From Thermodesulfovibrionales bacterium (lineage in GTDB: Bacteria > Nitrospirota > Thermodesulfovibrionia > Thermodesulfovibrionales > Dissulfurispiraceae), in NCBI GenBank assembly GCA_030017995.1, contig JASEGS010000002.1, positions 21,463-85,462 on the forward strand: a stretch of 64,000 nucleotides of DNA. Reading direction: 5' to 3'. The number at the start of each line of letters is the position of its first letter. Position 1 is the stretch's first letter. The notes under the pieces were generated by a model. That model worked only from the letters and a program-made list of their open reading frames with translations. It was not told the origin of the DNA and did not search any database. A program made the translations under genes and the position numbers. Shown here one piece after another: positions 38,301 to 48,659 of the stretch.

Positions 38301-39146
38301 ATGAACGGATTAAAGACAATGGTTTTGATGGTGACATTGACCTTAATGCTCGTTGCAATTGGAGGCATCATTGGCGGCAAGTCTGGCATGACATTCGCCC
38401 TCATCATCGCATTCGGCATGAACTTTATTACATACTGGTTCAGCGATAAAATCGTGCTGAAGATGTACGGCGCAAAGCCTGTCTCTGAGGCGGAGGCCCC
38501 TGAACTTTACGGAATAGTGAGGAGGCTTGCTCACAGGGCAGAGCTTCCGATGCCAAAGGTTTACATAATGGAGCAGGATCAGCCCAATGCCTTTGCAACA
38601 GGAAGAAATCCAAATCACGGGGTGGTCGCGGTTACCACGGGCATTATGAGGATTTTATCGAGGGAAGAGCTTGAAGGCGTAATAGCTCATGAGCTTGCGC
38701 ACATAAAGCACAGGGATATTCTCGTAAGCACAGTGGCTGCGACAATCGCAGGTGCTATAAGCTATCTCGCTCAGATGGCGCAGTGGGCAATGATATTTGG
38801 AGGCAGGCACGATGACGAAGAAGGCGGAAATCCCATAGCAGCAATAGTGATGATGATTGTTGGACCTATCGCTGCAATGCTTGTTCAGATGGCTATATCA
38901 CGCTCCCGGGAATACGGCGCAGATAATGGAGGCGCTAAGATTGCGGGCAATCCCATGCATCTTGCCGGCGCATTGAAAAAGCTCCACATGGCGTCTCAGA
39001 GGATACATATGGATGCGAACCCTGCGACATCGCATATGTTTATTGTCAATCCGCTCACAGGAGGCGGAATCTTAAAGCTCTTCAGCACGCATCCGCCTAT
39101 TGAAGAGAGGGTTGCAAGGCTTGAAGCAATGACATACAGGAGATAA
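38301..39146 (+). CDS. htpX: zinc metalloprotease HtpX
   Basis: 281 aa. [10 protein letters not shown], four TM segments, [11 protein letters not shown]-terminus. Confidence 0.93.
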   Translation: MNGLKTMVLMVTLTLMLVAIGGIIGGKSGMTFALIIAFGMNFITYWFSDKIVLKMYGAKPVSEAEAPELYGIVRRLAHRAELPMPKVYIMEQDQPNAFATGRNPNHGVVAVTTGIMRILSREELEGVIAHELAHIKHRDILVSTVAATIAGAISYLAQMAQWAMIFGGRHDDEEGGNPIAAIVMMIVGPIAAMLVQMAISRSREYGADNGGAKIAGNPMHLAGALKKLHMASQRIHMDANPATSHMFIVNPLTGGGILKLFSTHPPIEERVARLEAMTYRR

Positions 39147-39148
39147 AA

Positions 39149-39640
39149 ATGAGCAAGCCGATGGTATTGATCCTCATGGGAAGCGACAGCGATCTGCCTG
39201 TTATGGAAAAGGCAGGAGAGGTCTTGAAAGAAATGGGCGTGCCTTATGAACTTGATATAAGCTCCGCACACAGGCTTCCAGAAAAGACTGCGGAATATTC
39301 AAAGGCAGCACGGGAACGAGGCATCGAGGTTATAATTGCAGGAGCAGGCATGGCAGCACATTTAGCTGGAGTAATAGCATCTCATACAACCCTTCCTGTT
39401 ATAGGCGTTCCTCTAAAATCAGGCACATTGAACGGCGTTGATGCATTATATTCAACTGTCCAGATGCCTCCGGGAATCCCAGTTGCAACAGTTGCTATTG
39501 ACGGCGCAAAGAATGCTGCATATCTTGCATGTTCCATTCTTTCAATAAAATATTCTGATATAGCTGAAAAACTTGAGTCATTCAGGGAAAAGACAAGGCA
39601 GTCGCTACTGGAGAAATCAAAGGAACTAAAGAAGGCATAA
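39149..39640 (+). CDS. purE: N5-carboxyaminoimidazole ribonucleotide mutase
   Basis: 163 aa. [28 protein letters not shown]. Confidence 0.95.
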   Translation: MSKPMVLILMGSDSDLPVMEKAGEVLKEMGVPYELDISSAHRLPEKTAEYSKAARERGIEVIIAGAGMAAHLAGVIASHTTLPVIGVPLKSGTLNGVDALYSTVQMPPGIPVATVAIDGAKNAAYLACSILSIKYSDIAEKLESFREKTRQSLLEKSKELKKA

Positions 39641-39689
39641 TTTTAAAAACGTCTCTTATGATGCCTTCTACGGGTGATTGCTGTTTATC

Positions 39690-41351
39690 TCAAATAGGAT
39701 TCAGTATCCTGTCTATCACTACCCTTGCTTCAACGAGAGGGTCAATGAAGTAGTTTTCCATGTCGCGGTCTATGTCTCTCTTGTTTGAGAGATATGTTAT
39801 GCGGTCCTGCATACGGTTTCTCAAGAACTGGAGGTACTCCGGATCTCTCGACGGCTTGTATTTCTTTTCGAAGTCAGCGCCAAAAAGCTCGTTGCCGTTT
39901 TTGGGAACAAGCAATCCCGGGAATACCTTCCACTCCCTCCACTCAATATTATTTCTTGCCATCTCTGTTACAATGGTCAGAGAAAGCTCTTTTGGAATAT
40001 CTATCTCCTGTCCTGGCAAGCCGAATGCGTGAGTGTTCATTATATAGCACTCTGTGCCCATCTTAAAAAGCTTCCTGAACTGTTGGCAGTCAACAGTCAG
40101 AGGATGCACTCTGAATGGATTGGCAAACGGCTCTATAACGAGCTTTGCAAGCTCTTCCCTCGGCACATTTTCAACTCCCTTTGCCCTCATTGTGCTCAGG
40201 GATGCGCCCATGGCAACAGCAAGTCCTATGTCAGAAATTTTGCAGACAGGCGGCAGCGACGGGTCTTTTTGTAGCCATACTACTTTTCCCGGCCTCTTGC
40301 AGTGGTCTTTGTGATTAAACATATCTCTTGCCTTAATGCATCTACCGTTATCGTTTCTTATGTCCTCGCACACCATCAGCCTTTTGCCCTCAGATGGCTC
40401 TGTTACGCTGACATTCTGTGCTGAATAGAAATATTTAATAACAGGGTCTTTGAATATTACTGCGTCAGTCTTATCAAACAGGCTCGGCTCGAGGGCAACT
40501 GTAATATCATTATCCAGATCTATAAGAAAGGCATCGTCATGCACAACAGTAACCTTTTCGTTTTTCTTTAATGTGCCCGCGTGATCATGGCTGTTGGTAA
40601 TAGATGATTTGCCCGAGCCTGAAAGCCCGAACACGGCAACAGGGGCATGACTTCCAATAGTTTTTATTCCGCCGTGGCACGCAACCATATTATGTCTCAC
40701 TCCGCTGGTCCATGCGAGCGTAAGAGTTCCCTTTTTCCTCTCGCCGAAATATCTCAAGCCCAGTATGGCTATACAGTTTTCTTCCTCGTCAATAATAACA
40801 AGGCCATTCGGAAAATCAGAGTCAGACCATTCAGGGTCTGCAAAGACCAGTATATCAGGCTCATTCAGCTTCCGCGATTTCTTATACATCTCGCTCCACG
40901 GCTTCATCCACGGAGTAAAGTTTATTCCCCAATCGAGCATATTTTTCGCATCTGCGGCAGGACTTAATAAATGCGCCTTTATCATGAAATCAGGATGTAA
41001 TCCTACTATAGCCTCAAGCCACAGACATTCACGCCTGTTAGTCTGATAAATAGCCTCTCCGAGCATCCTGAGATATTTGTCCTTATCTTTTCCCATCTCC
41101 CGCACAAGCCTTCTTGCTCGCGCGGTGCGGCCCACAATTCCGCCGTCGTTGGATATGAGAACCTTTGCATTTTTGGGAAGACCGAATTGTTCGGGTTTAT
41201 AAAAAGGATGTGATGTTGCCATAACCTCGGGCTGCTTTAATGCCAGCTTATAAAGCTCTGACATTGTAGTTTTTCGTACGGAATTCGCATAAAACGCTCC
41301 TTCTATCATCGCCCTCCATGGAGAGCGTGGAAGCCTGTGGATTGTAGCCAT
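39690..41351 (-). CDS. phosphoenolpyruvate carboxykinase (ATP)-family protein, divergent
   Basis: 553 aa. Kinase-1a-like P-loop FGLSGSGKSS at the expected position. GRTARARRLV replaces the GRSPKDK motif. Overall PckA length. Confidence 0.6.
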   Translation of the reverse strand: MATIHRLPRSPWRAMIEGAFYANSVRKTTMSELYKLALKQPEVMATSHPFYKPEQFGLPKNAKVLISNDGGIVGRTARARRLVREMGKDKDKYLRMLGEAIYQTNRRECLWLEAIVGLHPDFMIKAHLLSPAADAKNMLDWGINFTPWMKPWSEMYKKSRKLNEPDILVFADPEWSDSDFPNGLVIIDEEENCIAILGLRYFGERKKGTLTLAWTSGVRHNMVACHGGIKTIGSHAPVAVFGLSGSGKSSITNSHDHAGTLKKNEKVTVVHDDAFLIDLDNDITVALEPSLFDKTDAVIFKDPVIKYFYSAQNVSVTEPSEGKRLMVCEDIRNDNGRCIKARDMFNHKDHCKRPGKVVWLQKDPSLPPVCKISDIGLAVAMGASLSTMRAKGVENVPREELAKLVIEPFANPFRVHPLTVDCQQFRKLFKMGTECYIMNTHAFGLPGQEIDIPKELSLTIVTEMARNNIEWREWKVFPGLLVPKNGNELFGADFEKKYKPSRDPEYLQFLRNRMQDRITYLSNKRDIDRDMENYFIDPLVEARVVIDRILNPI

Positions 41352-41467
41352 TGTTTATCCTCCTCCTGCTGCATTTATTAGACAATCGCAGTAATGCAAA
41401 TTAGATGCCGAAATAATATAATATAATCCTTGTTGTTATAGCAAAATATTAAAGCAAGGGATAGTCT

Positions 41468-42778
41468 ATGGAACGGCAGATTAAGAAAATATTAGTTGCG
41501 AACCGCGGGGTTCCGGCTGTAAGGGTGATGCATACATGCAGGGATAGGCGCATACCCACAACGGCTGTTTACAGTTCCCCTGACAGGCTTGCGCAGCATG
41601 TGTTTATGGCTGACTCTGCACTGCTCATTGGCGAGGCTCCGCCAATTGAGTCATATCTTAATATGGGGAATATGATTGATGCTGCGCTTCACAGTAAGTC
41701 TGATGCAGTGCATCCGGGTTGGGGCTTTCTGGCTGAAAACGCTGCGTTTGCACGGATGGTGATTGACGCTGGACTGATCTGGATAGGCCCTCCTCCGGCT
41801 GCCATGGAACTCATGGGAGACAAGATAAGGTCAAAGGAAATAGCCCGCAGGGCCAATGTCCCTGTCATCCCCGGCATTGATAATGTCACGAGCATTGATG
41901 AGATTAAGAAGTGGCTGGAAAAGGAAAAGGTGGGTTTTCCTATTATGATTAAGGCCTCTGCAGGCGGCGGCAAGGGCATGGTTAAGGTGGAAAACAAAGA
42001 TCAGCTTGCTCATTCCTTTAACCAGGCGCGATCTGAGGCGTTGAAGTCGTTTGGAGACGATAAGGTGCTGGTTGAAAAATACATTGAGCGGGGAAAACAT
42101 ATAGAGGTGCAGGTTGTGGCAGATGAACACGGCAATGTTATCCATCTCTTTGAAAGGGAATGCACAATCCAGAGAAGGAACCAGAAGATTATAGAGGAAG
42201 CGCCTTCCCCGAGCATTGATGAGGATTTAAGGACAGAGATATGCCTTACTGCAGTCAGGCTTATGAGGGAGATAGGATACTCATCAGCAGGAACAGTGGA
42301 GTTTATCTTTGACTCAACCACTAAGAGATTCTATTTCCTTGAGGTCAATACAAGGCTTCAGGTTGAGCATGGCATTACTGAATTGATAACAGGTCTTGAC
42401 ATAGTGGGCATAATGCTGGATGTTGCCGCCGGCAAACCTCTGCCATTTAAACAATCCGATATCAGGCCAAACAGACACGCCCTCGAGGTGAGGATAAATG
42501 CTGAAGACCCGAAGACCTTCAGCCCCTCATTCGGCACGGTTACTAGACTGCAGATACCGCAGGGGCCAGGTGTGAGGATTGCATCAGGAGTGTACGAAGG
42601 CGCTGACATCCCTCCATATTACGACTCCCTTGCAATGCTTCTCATGACAGCAGGCGCTGACAGGGAAGACGCCATCAGGGTTATGGACAGGGCAATCAGC
42701 AGGAATCTCCGCATAGAAGGCATAAAAACACTTGCCCCCCGGGCGAGCTTTACCTGCACGGCTGGTATTATGATATAG
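41468..42778 (+). CDS. biotin carboxylase paralog (pyruvate/acyl-CoA carboxylase A-subunit-like), C-terminally short
   Basis: 436 aa. KILVANRGVPA, ATP-grasp, LEVNTRLQVEHGITE. Sequence after EGIKT departs from the family pattern and stops about 20 aa earlier than accC in this window. Confidence 0.85.
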   Translation: MERQIKKILVANRGVPAVRVMHTCRDRRIPTTAVYSSPDRLAQHVFMADSALLIGEAPPIESYLNMGNMIDAALHSKSDAVHPGWGFLAENAAFARMVIDAGLIWIGPPPAAMELMGDKIRSKEIARRANVPVIPGIDNVTSIDEIKKWLEKEKVGFPIMIKASAGGGKGMVKVENKDQLAHSFNQARSEALKSFGDDKVLVEKYIERGKHIEVQVVADEHGNVIHLFERECTIQRRNQKIIEEAPSPSIDEDLRTEICLTAVRLMREIGYSSAGTVEFIFDSTTKRFYFLEVNTRLQVEHGITELITGLDIVGIMLDVAAGKPLPFKQSDIRPNRHALEVRINAEDPKTFSPSFGTVTRLQIPQGPGVRIASGVYEGADIPPYYDSLAMLLMTAGADREDAIRVMDRAISRNLRIEGIKTLAPRASFTCTAGIMI

Positions 42779-42850
42779 GCACAGGACTGATGTATGCGTT
42801 TAATCCATCAGAGGATGTTTTTGAAAGGATTGTTTAACGCAAAAAATCCA

Positions 42851-45568
42851 ATGAATAAAATGCAATGGCATAAGAAAAAAAATGAAGATGTAATTGAACA
42901 ACTACAGTCATCACTTGGGGGACTTTCCCCGGCGGAGGCTCGGAAGCGTCTTTCCGAATACGGTCCCAACGAGCTAATGGAGAAAAAAAAGAAGACTCCG
43001 CTCATGATGTTCCTTGACCAGTTCAAGGACTTCATGATCCTCGTTCTTATCGCTGCTGCAATCGTGTCAGGAATTATCGGCGAGCCCTCGGATACCATAG
43101 CGATTGTTGTAATAGTTGTTCTTAATGCCATCATAGGCTTTGTTCAAGAATACAGGGCTGAAAAGGCAATGGTCGCACTCAAACAAATGGCTGCGCCGTT
43201 TGCAACAGTAATAAGGGACGGGATGCCTGCAAATATCCCTGCATCAGCGCTTGTCCCCGGAGATATAGTAATCCTTGATGCCGGAAATGTCGTGCCTGCG
43301 GATATGAGGCTGACAGAGACCGCCATGTTAAAGATAGAGGAAGCTGCACTTACCGGCGAGTCCGTGCCTGTTGAAAAGCATACAAAGGCATTGCATGATG
43401 AGCATTTGCCGCTTGGCGATAGAAAGAACATGGCATATAAAGGCACATTTACAACTTATGGCCGCGGTATGGGAGTTGTTACGGCAACAGGTATGGATAC
43501 GGAGCTTGGCAAGATTGCAGCAATGCTCCAGGAGGAAGAAGAGGTAAAAATACCGCTTCAGAAAAGGCTTGCCAAATTCGGGCAGAAACTTGCAATTGCC
43601 GTCCTTGCAATATGCGCTATTGTCTTCGGCATCGGCATTTTAAGAGGAGAAGCGCCTTTATTGATGCTCCTTACAGCCATTTCCCTTGCTGTGGCGGCAA
43701 TACCAGAGGCGCTTCCGGCAGTTGTAACCATTTCACTCGCCCTCGGAGCGAAAAAGATGGTGAAGCAGAATGCCTTGATAAGAAAACTTCCGGCAGTAGA
43801 AACCCTCGGCTCCGTTACCTATATCTGTTCGGATAAAACAGGAACCCTTACTTTGAACAAAATGACGGTGGAAGAGATTTATGTGGATGGAAAATTAGTA
43901 AGAGCAGAAGAGCAAAAGAGCGGAAGATCAGAAGCAACAGATTTTAGAACTTCTGCACTTCTGCGCTTCCCGACTTCTGCGCTTTTTACTGCCCTTGCTT
44001 TGAGCAATGACGCGCAGGTGGATGCCTCAGGCAATGTAATAGGCGACCCAACTGAAATTGCATTGTACAACATTGCAAGGGATAAAGGTTTTGATAAGAG
44101 GGAACTGGAAAAGAAATTCCCGAGGGTTGCGGAAATTCCATTCGATTCGGACAGGAAATGTATGACGACAATACATGGAGCAGAAGAGCAGAAGAGCAGA
44201 AGTGCGGAAGGAAAGACTTCCGAACTTCCGAGCTTCCGCTCTAATTTCGTTTCTTTTACAAAAGGTGCGATAGAAGTATTGATTGACAAGTCGGATTATA
44301 TCCTGATATCTGATGGACTGAAGGCAGTGGATAAGGCAGAAATCCACAAAGCAAGCGAAAGAATGGCTACTGATGGGTTGAGGGTACTGGGCATTGCAAT
44401 GAGGAGATGGGACAAACTGCCTGATGACATGTCTCTTGAGAATGTAGAGACAGGACTCACTATTTTAGGTCTTGTGGGGATGATGGATCCTCCGAGGGAA
44501 GAGGCTAAAGAGGCGGTTGCGCTTTGCAAGACCGCGGGCATAAGACCTGTGATGATAACCGGAGACCATCCTATTACCGCAAAGACAATAGCCGAAAGGC
44601 TCGGAATAATAGAGGACGATTCAAGACATATAATCACCGGCAGGGAATTGGAAAGACTGCCATTGGAAGAATTTGAAACGCGGGTCGAGCATATACGCGT
44701 ATATGCCCGCGTCGCTCCCGAACAGAAATTAAAAATAATAAAGGCCCTTCAGGACAGGGGGCAGTTCGTCGCGATGACAGGAGACGGGGTGAATGACGCC
44801 CCTGCATTAAAAAGGGCGGATATAGGGATTGCTATGGGGATTACGGGAACGGATCTATCCAAAGAAGCTTCCGATATGATCCTGCTCGATGACAATTTCG
44901 CGACCATTGTAAAGGCGGTGAAAGAGGGAAGGAAGATATACGACAACATAAGAAAGTTCATAAAATATCTCCTCACGACGAATTCAGGCGAGATATGGAC
45001 GCTTTTCTTAGCTCCGCTTGCAGGGCTGCCGATCCCGCTTCTGCCGATCCATATACTCTGGATAAACCTCATGACAGACGGCCTTCCCGCCCTCGCACTA
45101 TCCGTAGAGCCGGCAGAAGGAGATGTAATGAGAAGGCAGCCGCGTCATCCGCAGGAGAGCATATTCGCGGGAGGTTTGGGCCTTCATGCGATATGGGTAG
45201 GGTTGCTGATGGCAGGCATTGTTTTGTTTGTTCAGGCTTGGAGCATTAAGACAGGAAACGCCCATTGGCAGACAATGGTATTTACTGTGCTTTGCCTGAC
45301 TCAGCTCGGACATGTGCTTGCAATAAGGTCGGAGAGCGAGTCGCTGTTTAAGATCGGATTGTTTTCAAATAATGCCCTTCTCGGAGCGGTTGTTTTAAGT
45401 TTTGCATTCCAGATAGCAACTATTTATGCACCTGTCCTGAATCCAATATTTAAGACAGAGCCATTAACTTTGAACGAACTGATATTTACACTCGGCCTGT
45501 CATCTGTGGTATTCTTTGCAGTCGAGATTGAAAAGTTTGTCAGGAGGAAGAAATGGCAGATGTCATAA
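42851..45568 (+). CDS. P-type ATPase, type IIA (Ca2+/cation-transporting, SERCA/PMCA-like), with two in-frame repeat insertions
   Basis: DKTGTLT phosphorylation site, [26 protein letters not shown]. Start uncertain (42851 or 42860; tracked ORF starts at 42794). Confidence 0.93.
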   Translation: MNKMQWHKKKNEDVIEQLQSSLGGLSPAEARKRLSEYGPNELMEKKKKTPLMMFLDQFKDFMILVLIAAAIVSGIIGEPSDTIAIVVIVVLNAIIGFVQEYRAEKAMVALKQMAAPFATVIRDGMPANIPASALVPGDIVILDAGNVVPADMRLTETAMLKIEEAALTGESVPVEKHTKALHDEHLPLGDRKNMAYKGTFTTYGRGMGVVTATGMDTELGKIAAMLQEEEEVKIPLQKRLAKFGQKLAIAVLAICAIVFGIGILRGEAPLLMLLTAISLAVAAIPEALPAVVTISLALGAKKMVKQNALIRKLPAVETLGSVTYICSDKTGTLTLNKMTVEEIYVDGKLVRAEEQKSGRSEATDFRTSALLRFPTSALFTALALSNDAQVDASGNVIGDPTEIALYNIARDKGFDKRELEKKFPRVAEIPFDSDRKCMTTIHGAEEQKSRSAEGKTSELPSFRSNFVSFTKGAIEVLIDKSDYILISDGLKAVDKAEIHKASERMATDGLRVLGIAMRRWDKLPDDMSLENVETGLTILGLVGMMDPPREEAKEAVALCKTAGIRPVMITGDHPITAKTIAERLGIIEDDSRHIITGRELERLPLEEFETRVEHIRVYARVAPEQKLKIIKALQDRGQFVAMTGDGVNDAPALKRADIGIAMGITGTDLSKEASDMILLDDNFATIVKAVKEGRKIYDNIRKFIKYLLTTNSGEIWTLFLAPLAGLPIPLLPIHILWINLMTDGLPALALSVEPAEGDVMRRQPRHPQESIFAGGLGLHAIWVGLLMAGIVLFVQAWSIKTGNAHWQTMVFTVLCLTQLGHVLAIRSESESLFKIGLFSNNALLGAVVLSFAFQIATIYAPVLNPIFKTEPLTLNELIFTLGLSSVVFFAVEIEKFVRRKKWQMS
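43902..43981. repeat. octad-phased palindrome inside the ATPase gene (insertion 1)
   Basis: GAGCAGAA GAGCAAAA GAGCGGAA GATCAGAA GCAACAGA TTTTAGAA CTTCTGCA CTTCTGCG CTTCCCGA CTTCTGCG. Translated as [28 protein letters not shown]. Confidence 0.9.
44178..44241. repeat. octad-phased palindrome inside the ATPase gene (insertion 2)
   Basis: GAGCAGAA x3, GTGCGGAA, GGAAAGAC, TTCCGAAC, TTCCGAGC, TTCCGCTC. Translated as [21 protein letters not shown]. Confidence 0.9.
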
Positions 45569-46431
45569 TGGAAACGAATTTGTCTGATATTAAACTTCTC
45601 AGACGCGGGAAGGTTAGGGATGTTTATGAAATTGATGATTATCTCTTGATTGTTGCCACTGACAGAATTTCTGCTTTTGATGTGGTTTTGCCCAACGGCA
45701 TTCCTGATAAGGGGAAGGTCTTGACACAGATATCCATTTACTGGTTCAGCCAGATGAAGGACATTATCGAAAATCACATAGTGGCAACAGATATAAAGCA
45801 CTATCCTCAAATACTTCATAAATATAAAGATTCGCTGGGAGGCAGGAGCATGCTTGTAAAAAAGGCAAAGCCAATGCCTGTTGAGTGCATTGTGCGGGGC
45901 TATCTTTCAGGCTCGGGATGGAAGGAGTATAAAGAAAAGGGAACGGTCTGCGGAATAAAACTCCCTGAAGGCCTTGTTGAGTCTTCAAGGATTGATGAGC
46001 CTATTTTTACGCCGAGCACAAAGGCCGAGGAGGGGCATGATATAAATATCAGCTTCGACGAGATGAAAAAGATTGTAGGAAACGAAATTGCAGAAAAATT
46101 GAAGGACTCATCCCTTGCTGTTTATAAAAAGGCACGCGAAATAGCGGAGAAAAAGGGAATCATTATTGCGGATACGAAAATGGAATTCGGCATGTATAAC
46201 GATAAACTTATTCTCATTGACGAGCTTCTTACCCCTGACTCATCGAGGTTCTGGTCAATAAAGGATTACCAGCCCGGAAAGAGTCAGGACAGCTTTGATA
46301 AGCAGATAGTGCGCGATTATCTGCTGACACTCGACTGGAATCAGACCTATCCAGGGCCTGTCCTCCCTGAAGAGATTGTGGCAAAGACGGCGGCAAGATA
46401 TAGGGAGATATTGGAGATACTGACGAAGTAG
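45553..46431 (+). CDS. purC: phosphoribosylaminoimidazole-succinocarboxamide synthase
   Basis: 292 aa. [26 protein letters not shown]. Confidence 0.95.
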   Translation: MADVIMETNLSDIKLLRRGKVRDVYEIDDYLLIVATDRISAFDVVLPNGIPDKGKVLTQISIYWFSQMKDIIENHIVATDIKHYPQILHKYKDSLGGRSMLVKKAKPMPVECIVRGYLSGSGWKEYKEKGTVCGIKLPEGLVESSRIDEPIFTPSTKAEEGHDINISFDEMKKIVGNEIAEKLKDSSLAVYKKAREIAEKKGIIIADTKMEFGMYNDKLILIDELLTPDSSRFWSIKDYQPGKSQDSFDKQIVRDYLLTLDWNQTYPGPVLPEEIVAKTAARYREILEILTK

Positions 46432-47196
46432 ATGGACAATCTTCAAAAACTTCTCGATATTATGTCCTCCCTCCGCTCTGGGAGCGGATGTCCTTGGGAT
46501 AAAGAACAGACGGCAGAATCGTTAAAGCCTTTTCTTGTAGAAGAGACCTATGAAGTCCTTGAGGCTCTTGATGAAGGAAGCCCTGAAAAGATAAAGGAAG
46601 AGCTTGGAGACCTTTTGTTTCAGATAGTCTTTCACTGTCAGCTTGCAAAGGAAAAGGGTGAGTTCGATATTAATGATGTGATAAACAGGATCAGCGACAA
46701 GATGATTGCGAGGCATCCTCATGTGTTTGGCGGGGGAAAGTTTGAAACTTCTTCCGAAGTTTTGAAGCAATGGGACGAGAGAAAAAAGGAAGAAGGCAAG
46801 ATAAGAGGATCAATCCTCGAAGGCATTCCAAAGGAGCTTCCGTCTCTTCTCAGGGCGCATAAGCTTCAGGCGCGGGCTGCAAAGGTCGGTTTTGACTGGA
46901 GCAGAGTTGAGGATGTAATGGAAAAGCTCGAAGAGGAATTGCGTGAGTTCAGGGATGCGCTTAAGAGTAAAGAGCAGAAAGAGATAGAAGACGAGCTTGG
47001 AGACATATTCTTTGTGCTTGTGAATATTTCGAGGTTTGTAGGTGTAAATCCTGAAGACGCCCTGAGAAAGACAATCAGCAAGTTCATATCCCGTTTCCGC
47101 TATATAGAGATGAAGGCTGCAGATGCAGGCAGGCATCTTTCGGACATGACACTTCAAGAGATGGATGCCTTGTGGGATGAGGCAAAGAAAAAGTGA
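46432..47196 (+). CDS. mazG: nucleoside triphosphate pyrophosphohydrolase MazG
   Basis: 254 aa. Tandem MazG domains with EExxE/D motifs (EETYEVLEA, EELGDLLF; EELREF, DELGDIFF). Confidence 0.9.
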   Translation: MDNLQKLLDIMSSLRSGSGCPWDKEQTAESLKPFLVEETYEVLEALDEGSPEKIKEELGDLLFQIVFHCQLAKEKGEFDINDVINRISDKMIARHPHVFGGGKFETSSEVLKQWDERKKEEGKIRGSILEGIPKELPSLLRAHKLQARAAKVGFDWSRVEDVMEKLEEELREFRDALKSKEQKEIEDELGDIFFVLVNISRFVGVNPEDALRKTISKFISRFRYIEMKAADAGRHLSDMTLQEMDALWDEAKKK

Positions 47197-47204
47197 TTTT
47201 TTTC

Positions 47205-47234
47205 TTTACATTTTATATTTACTCATGATATAAA
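47205..47234 (+). promoter_or_regulatory. sigma70-type promoter candidate for the csp gene, implying a leader of about 75 nt
   Basis: TTTACA (47205..47210), 18-nt spacer, TATAAA (47229..47234). The leader contains two small hairpins. Confidence 0.5.
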
Positions 47235-47311
47235 AATTCATCCTGATACTTTGTGCAGGATTCAGTAAACCTTGAATTTAATTCAGGGTAAAAAAAGGAG
47301 GATTTAGTAGT

Positions 47312-47515
47312 ATGGCTTTTGAAGGAAAGGTGAAGTGGTTTAATGAGTCCAAGGGTTTTGGTTTTATCCAGCGTGATAACGGACAGGATGTCTTTGTTCA
47401 TTATTTTTCAATCCAGGGAGATGGGTTCAAGACATTAGCTGAAGGTCAGAGAGTTCAATTTGATGTAGTTGAAGGCGAACGCGGACCTAAGGCTACAAAT
47501 GTAGTAAAAATCTAA
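47312..47515 (+). CDS. csp: cold-shock protein (CspA family)
   Basis: 67 aa. [12 protein letters not shown] (RNP1), VFVHYFSI (RNP2). Confidence 0.96.
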   Translation: MAFEGKVKWFNESKGFGFIQRDNGQDVFVHYFSIQGDGFKTLAEGQRVQFDVVEGERGPKATNVVKI

Positions 47516-47522
47516 CCAATCA

Positions 47523-47545
47523 GGGCCCGTCAAAGGGCCCCTTTC
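47523..47545 (+). terminator. possible terminator after csp (weak U tract)
   Basis: GGGCCC GTCAAA GGGCCC CTTTC. Confidence 0.4.
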
Positions 47546-47579
47546 AATATCTTCTCTAAATCAAATTTTCAGATCCAGC

Positions 47580-47744
47580 GGCAAGACTGGCATGGCTTCA
47601 AATCCTCTATCAATGCGATAGGATTATAAGATGCCTGTTTATGCTGTTTAATGTAAATGTGATACTGAAAGTGCCCTTAAACAGCGGGAGGGTTCGGCTC
47701 TGAGGTATCGCTGATAGAGGATTTGAAGCCATGCCAGTCTTGCC
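47580..47744 (+). repeat. structured repeat element, family X, copy 3 (perfect 33-bp outer stem)
   Basis: GGCAAGACTGGCATGGCTTCAAATCCTCTATCA (47580..47612) is the exact reverse complement of 47712..47744. Core 47613..47711. Confidence 0.85.
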
Positions 47745-47813
47745 TTTATAAATCTGATTGTGGAACTGTCTAAGTTGGAATTTTTCGGTTATATCCTGTA
47801 TCTTAGATAGATT

Positions 47814-48659
47814 ATGCGCTTGCCGGAATGGATTAAAGTAAAGGCGTCAGGTATGCATGAGACGAAGACCCTCTTGCGGAGCCGCCGTCTTTCGACGGTC
47901 TGCGAGGAGGCACGGTGTCCGAACAAGGGCTTTTGTTTCTCAAAGCCCACCGCCACATTCATGATACTCGGGGACTGCTGCACAAGGGACTGCGGGTTCT
48001 GCTCTGTGAGCTCTGGCGTTCCCTCATGCACTGATGCTGACGAGCCTGAAAGGGTTGCAGAGGCAGCAGAGGAATTGGGTTTGAAATATGTCGTTATAAC
48101 ATCGGTTACGAGGGACGACTTGCCTGACGGAGGCGCATCACAGTTTGCCGAAACCATAATGGCCGTAAAAAAGAGGCTTCCTCATTCAAAGGTTGAGGTG
48201 CTCACGCCTGACTTTGAGGGAGATATAGGCGCCCTGCAAATTGTTCTAAATGCGGAGCCCGATGTGTTCAATCACAATATGGAGACGGTGAAAAGGCTTT
48301 ACAGTAGGGTAAGGCCGCAGGCCGATTATGAGCGTTCTTTATTGGTTCTTCAAAATGCCCGAAGACTCGCGCCCGATATCAAGACAAAGTCAGGATTTAT
48401 GCTCGGCCTCGGCGAAGGCATGGATGAGGTATTGGAATTATTAAAGGATTTAAGGAGCGCGGGCTGTTGCTTTCTTACAATAGGCCAGTATCTTAGGCCT
48501 ACAAAAAACAATCTGCCTGTTGTAGAATATATAAAACCTGAAGTATTTGAAGAGATTAAAGAAAATGCCCTCGCCATGGGATTTGAATTCGTTGCGTCAG
48601 GGCCGCTGGTCAGAAGCTCTATGAATGCAGAAGAAATGTACTGGAGGAGCGATGTTTGA
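47814..48659 (+). CDS. lipA: lipoyl synthase
   Basis: 281 aa. CEEARCPN auxiliary cluster motif and the radical-SAM CTRDCGFC motif. Confidence 0.95.
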   Translation: MRLPEWIKVKASGMHETKTLLRSRRLSTVCEEARCPNKGFCFSKPTATFMILGDCCTRDCGFCSVSSGVPSCTDADEPERVAEAAEELGLKYVVITSVTRDDLPDGGASQFAETIMAVKKRLPHSKVEVLTPDFEGDIGALQIVLNAEPDVFNHNMETVKRLYSRVRPQADYERSLLVLQNARRLAPDIKTKSGFMLGLGEGMDEVLELLKDLRSAGCCFLTIGQYLRPTKNNLPVVEYIKPEVFEEIKENALAMGFEFVASGPLVRSSMNAEEMYWRSDV

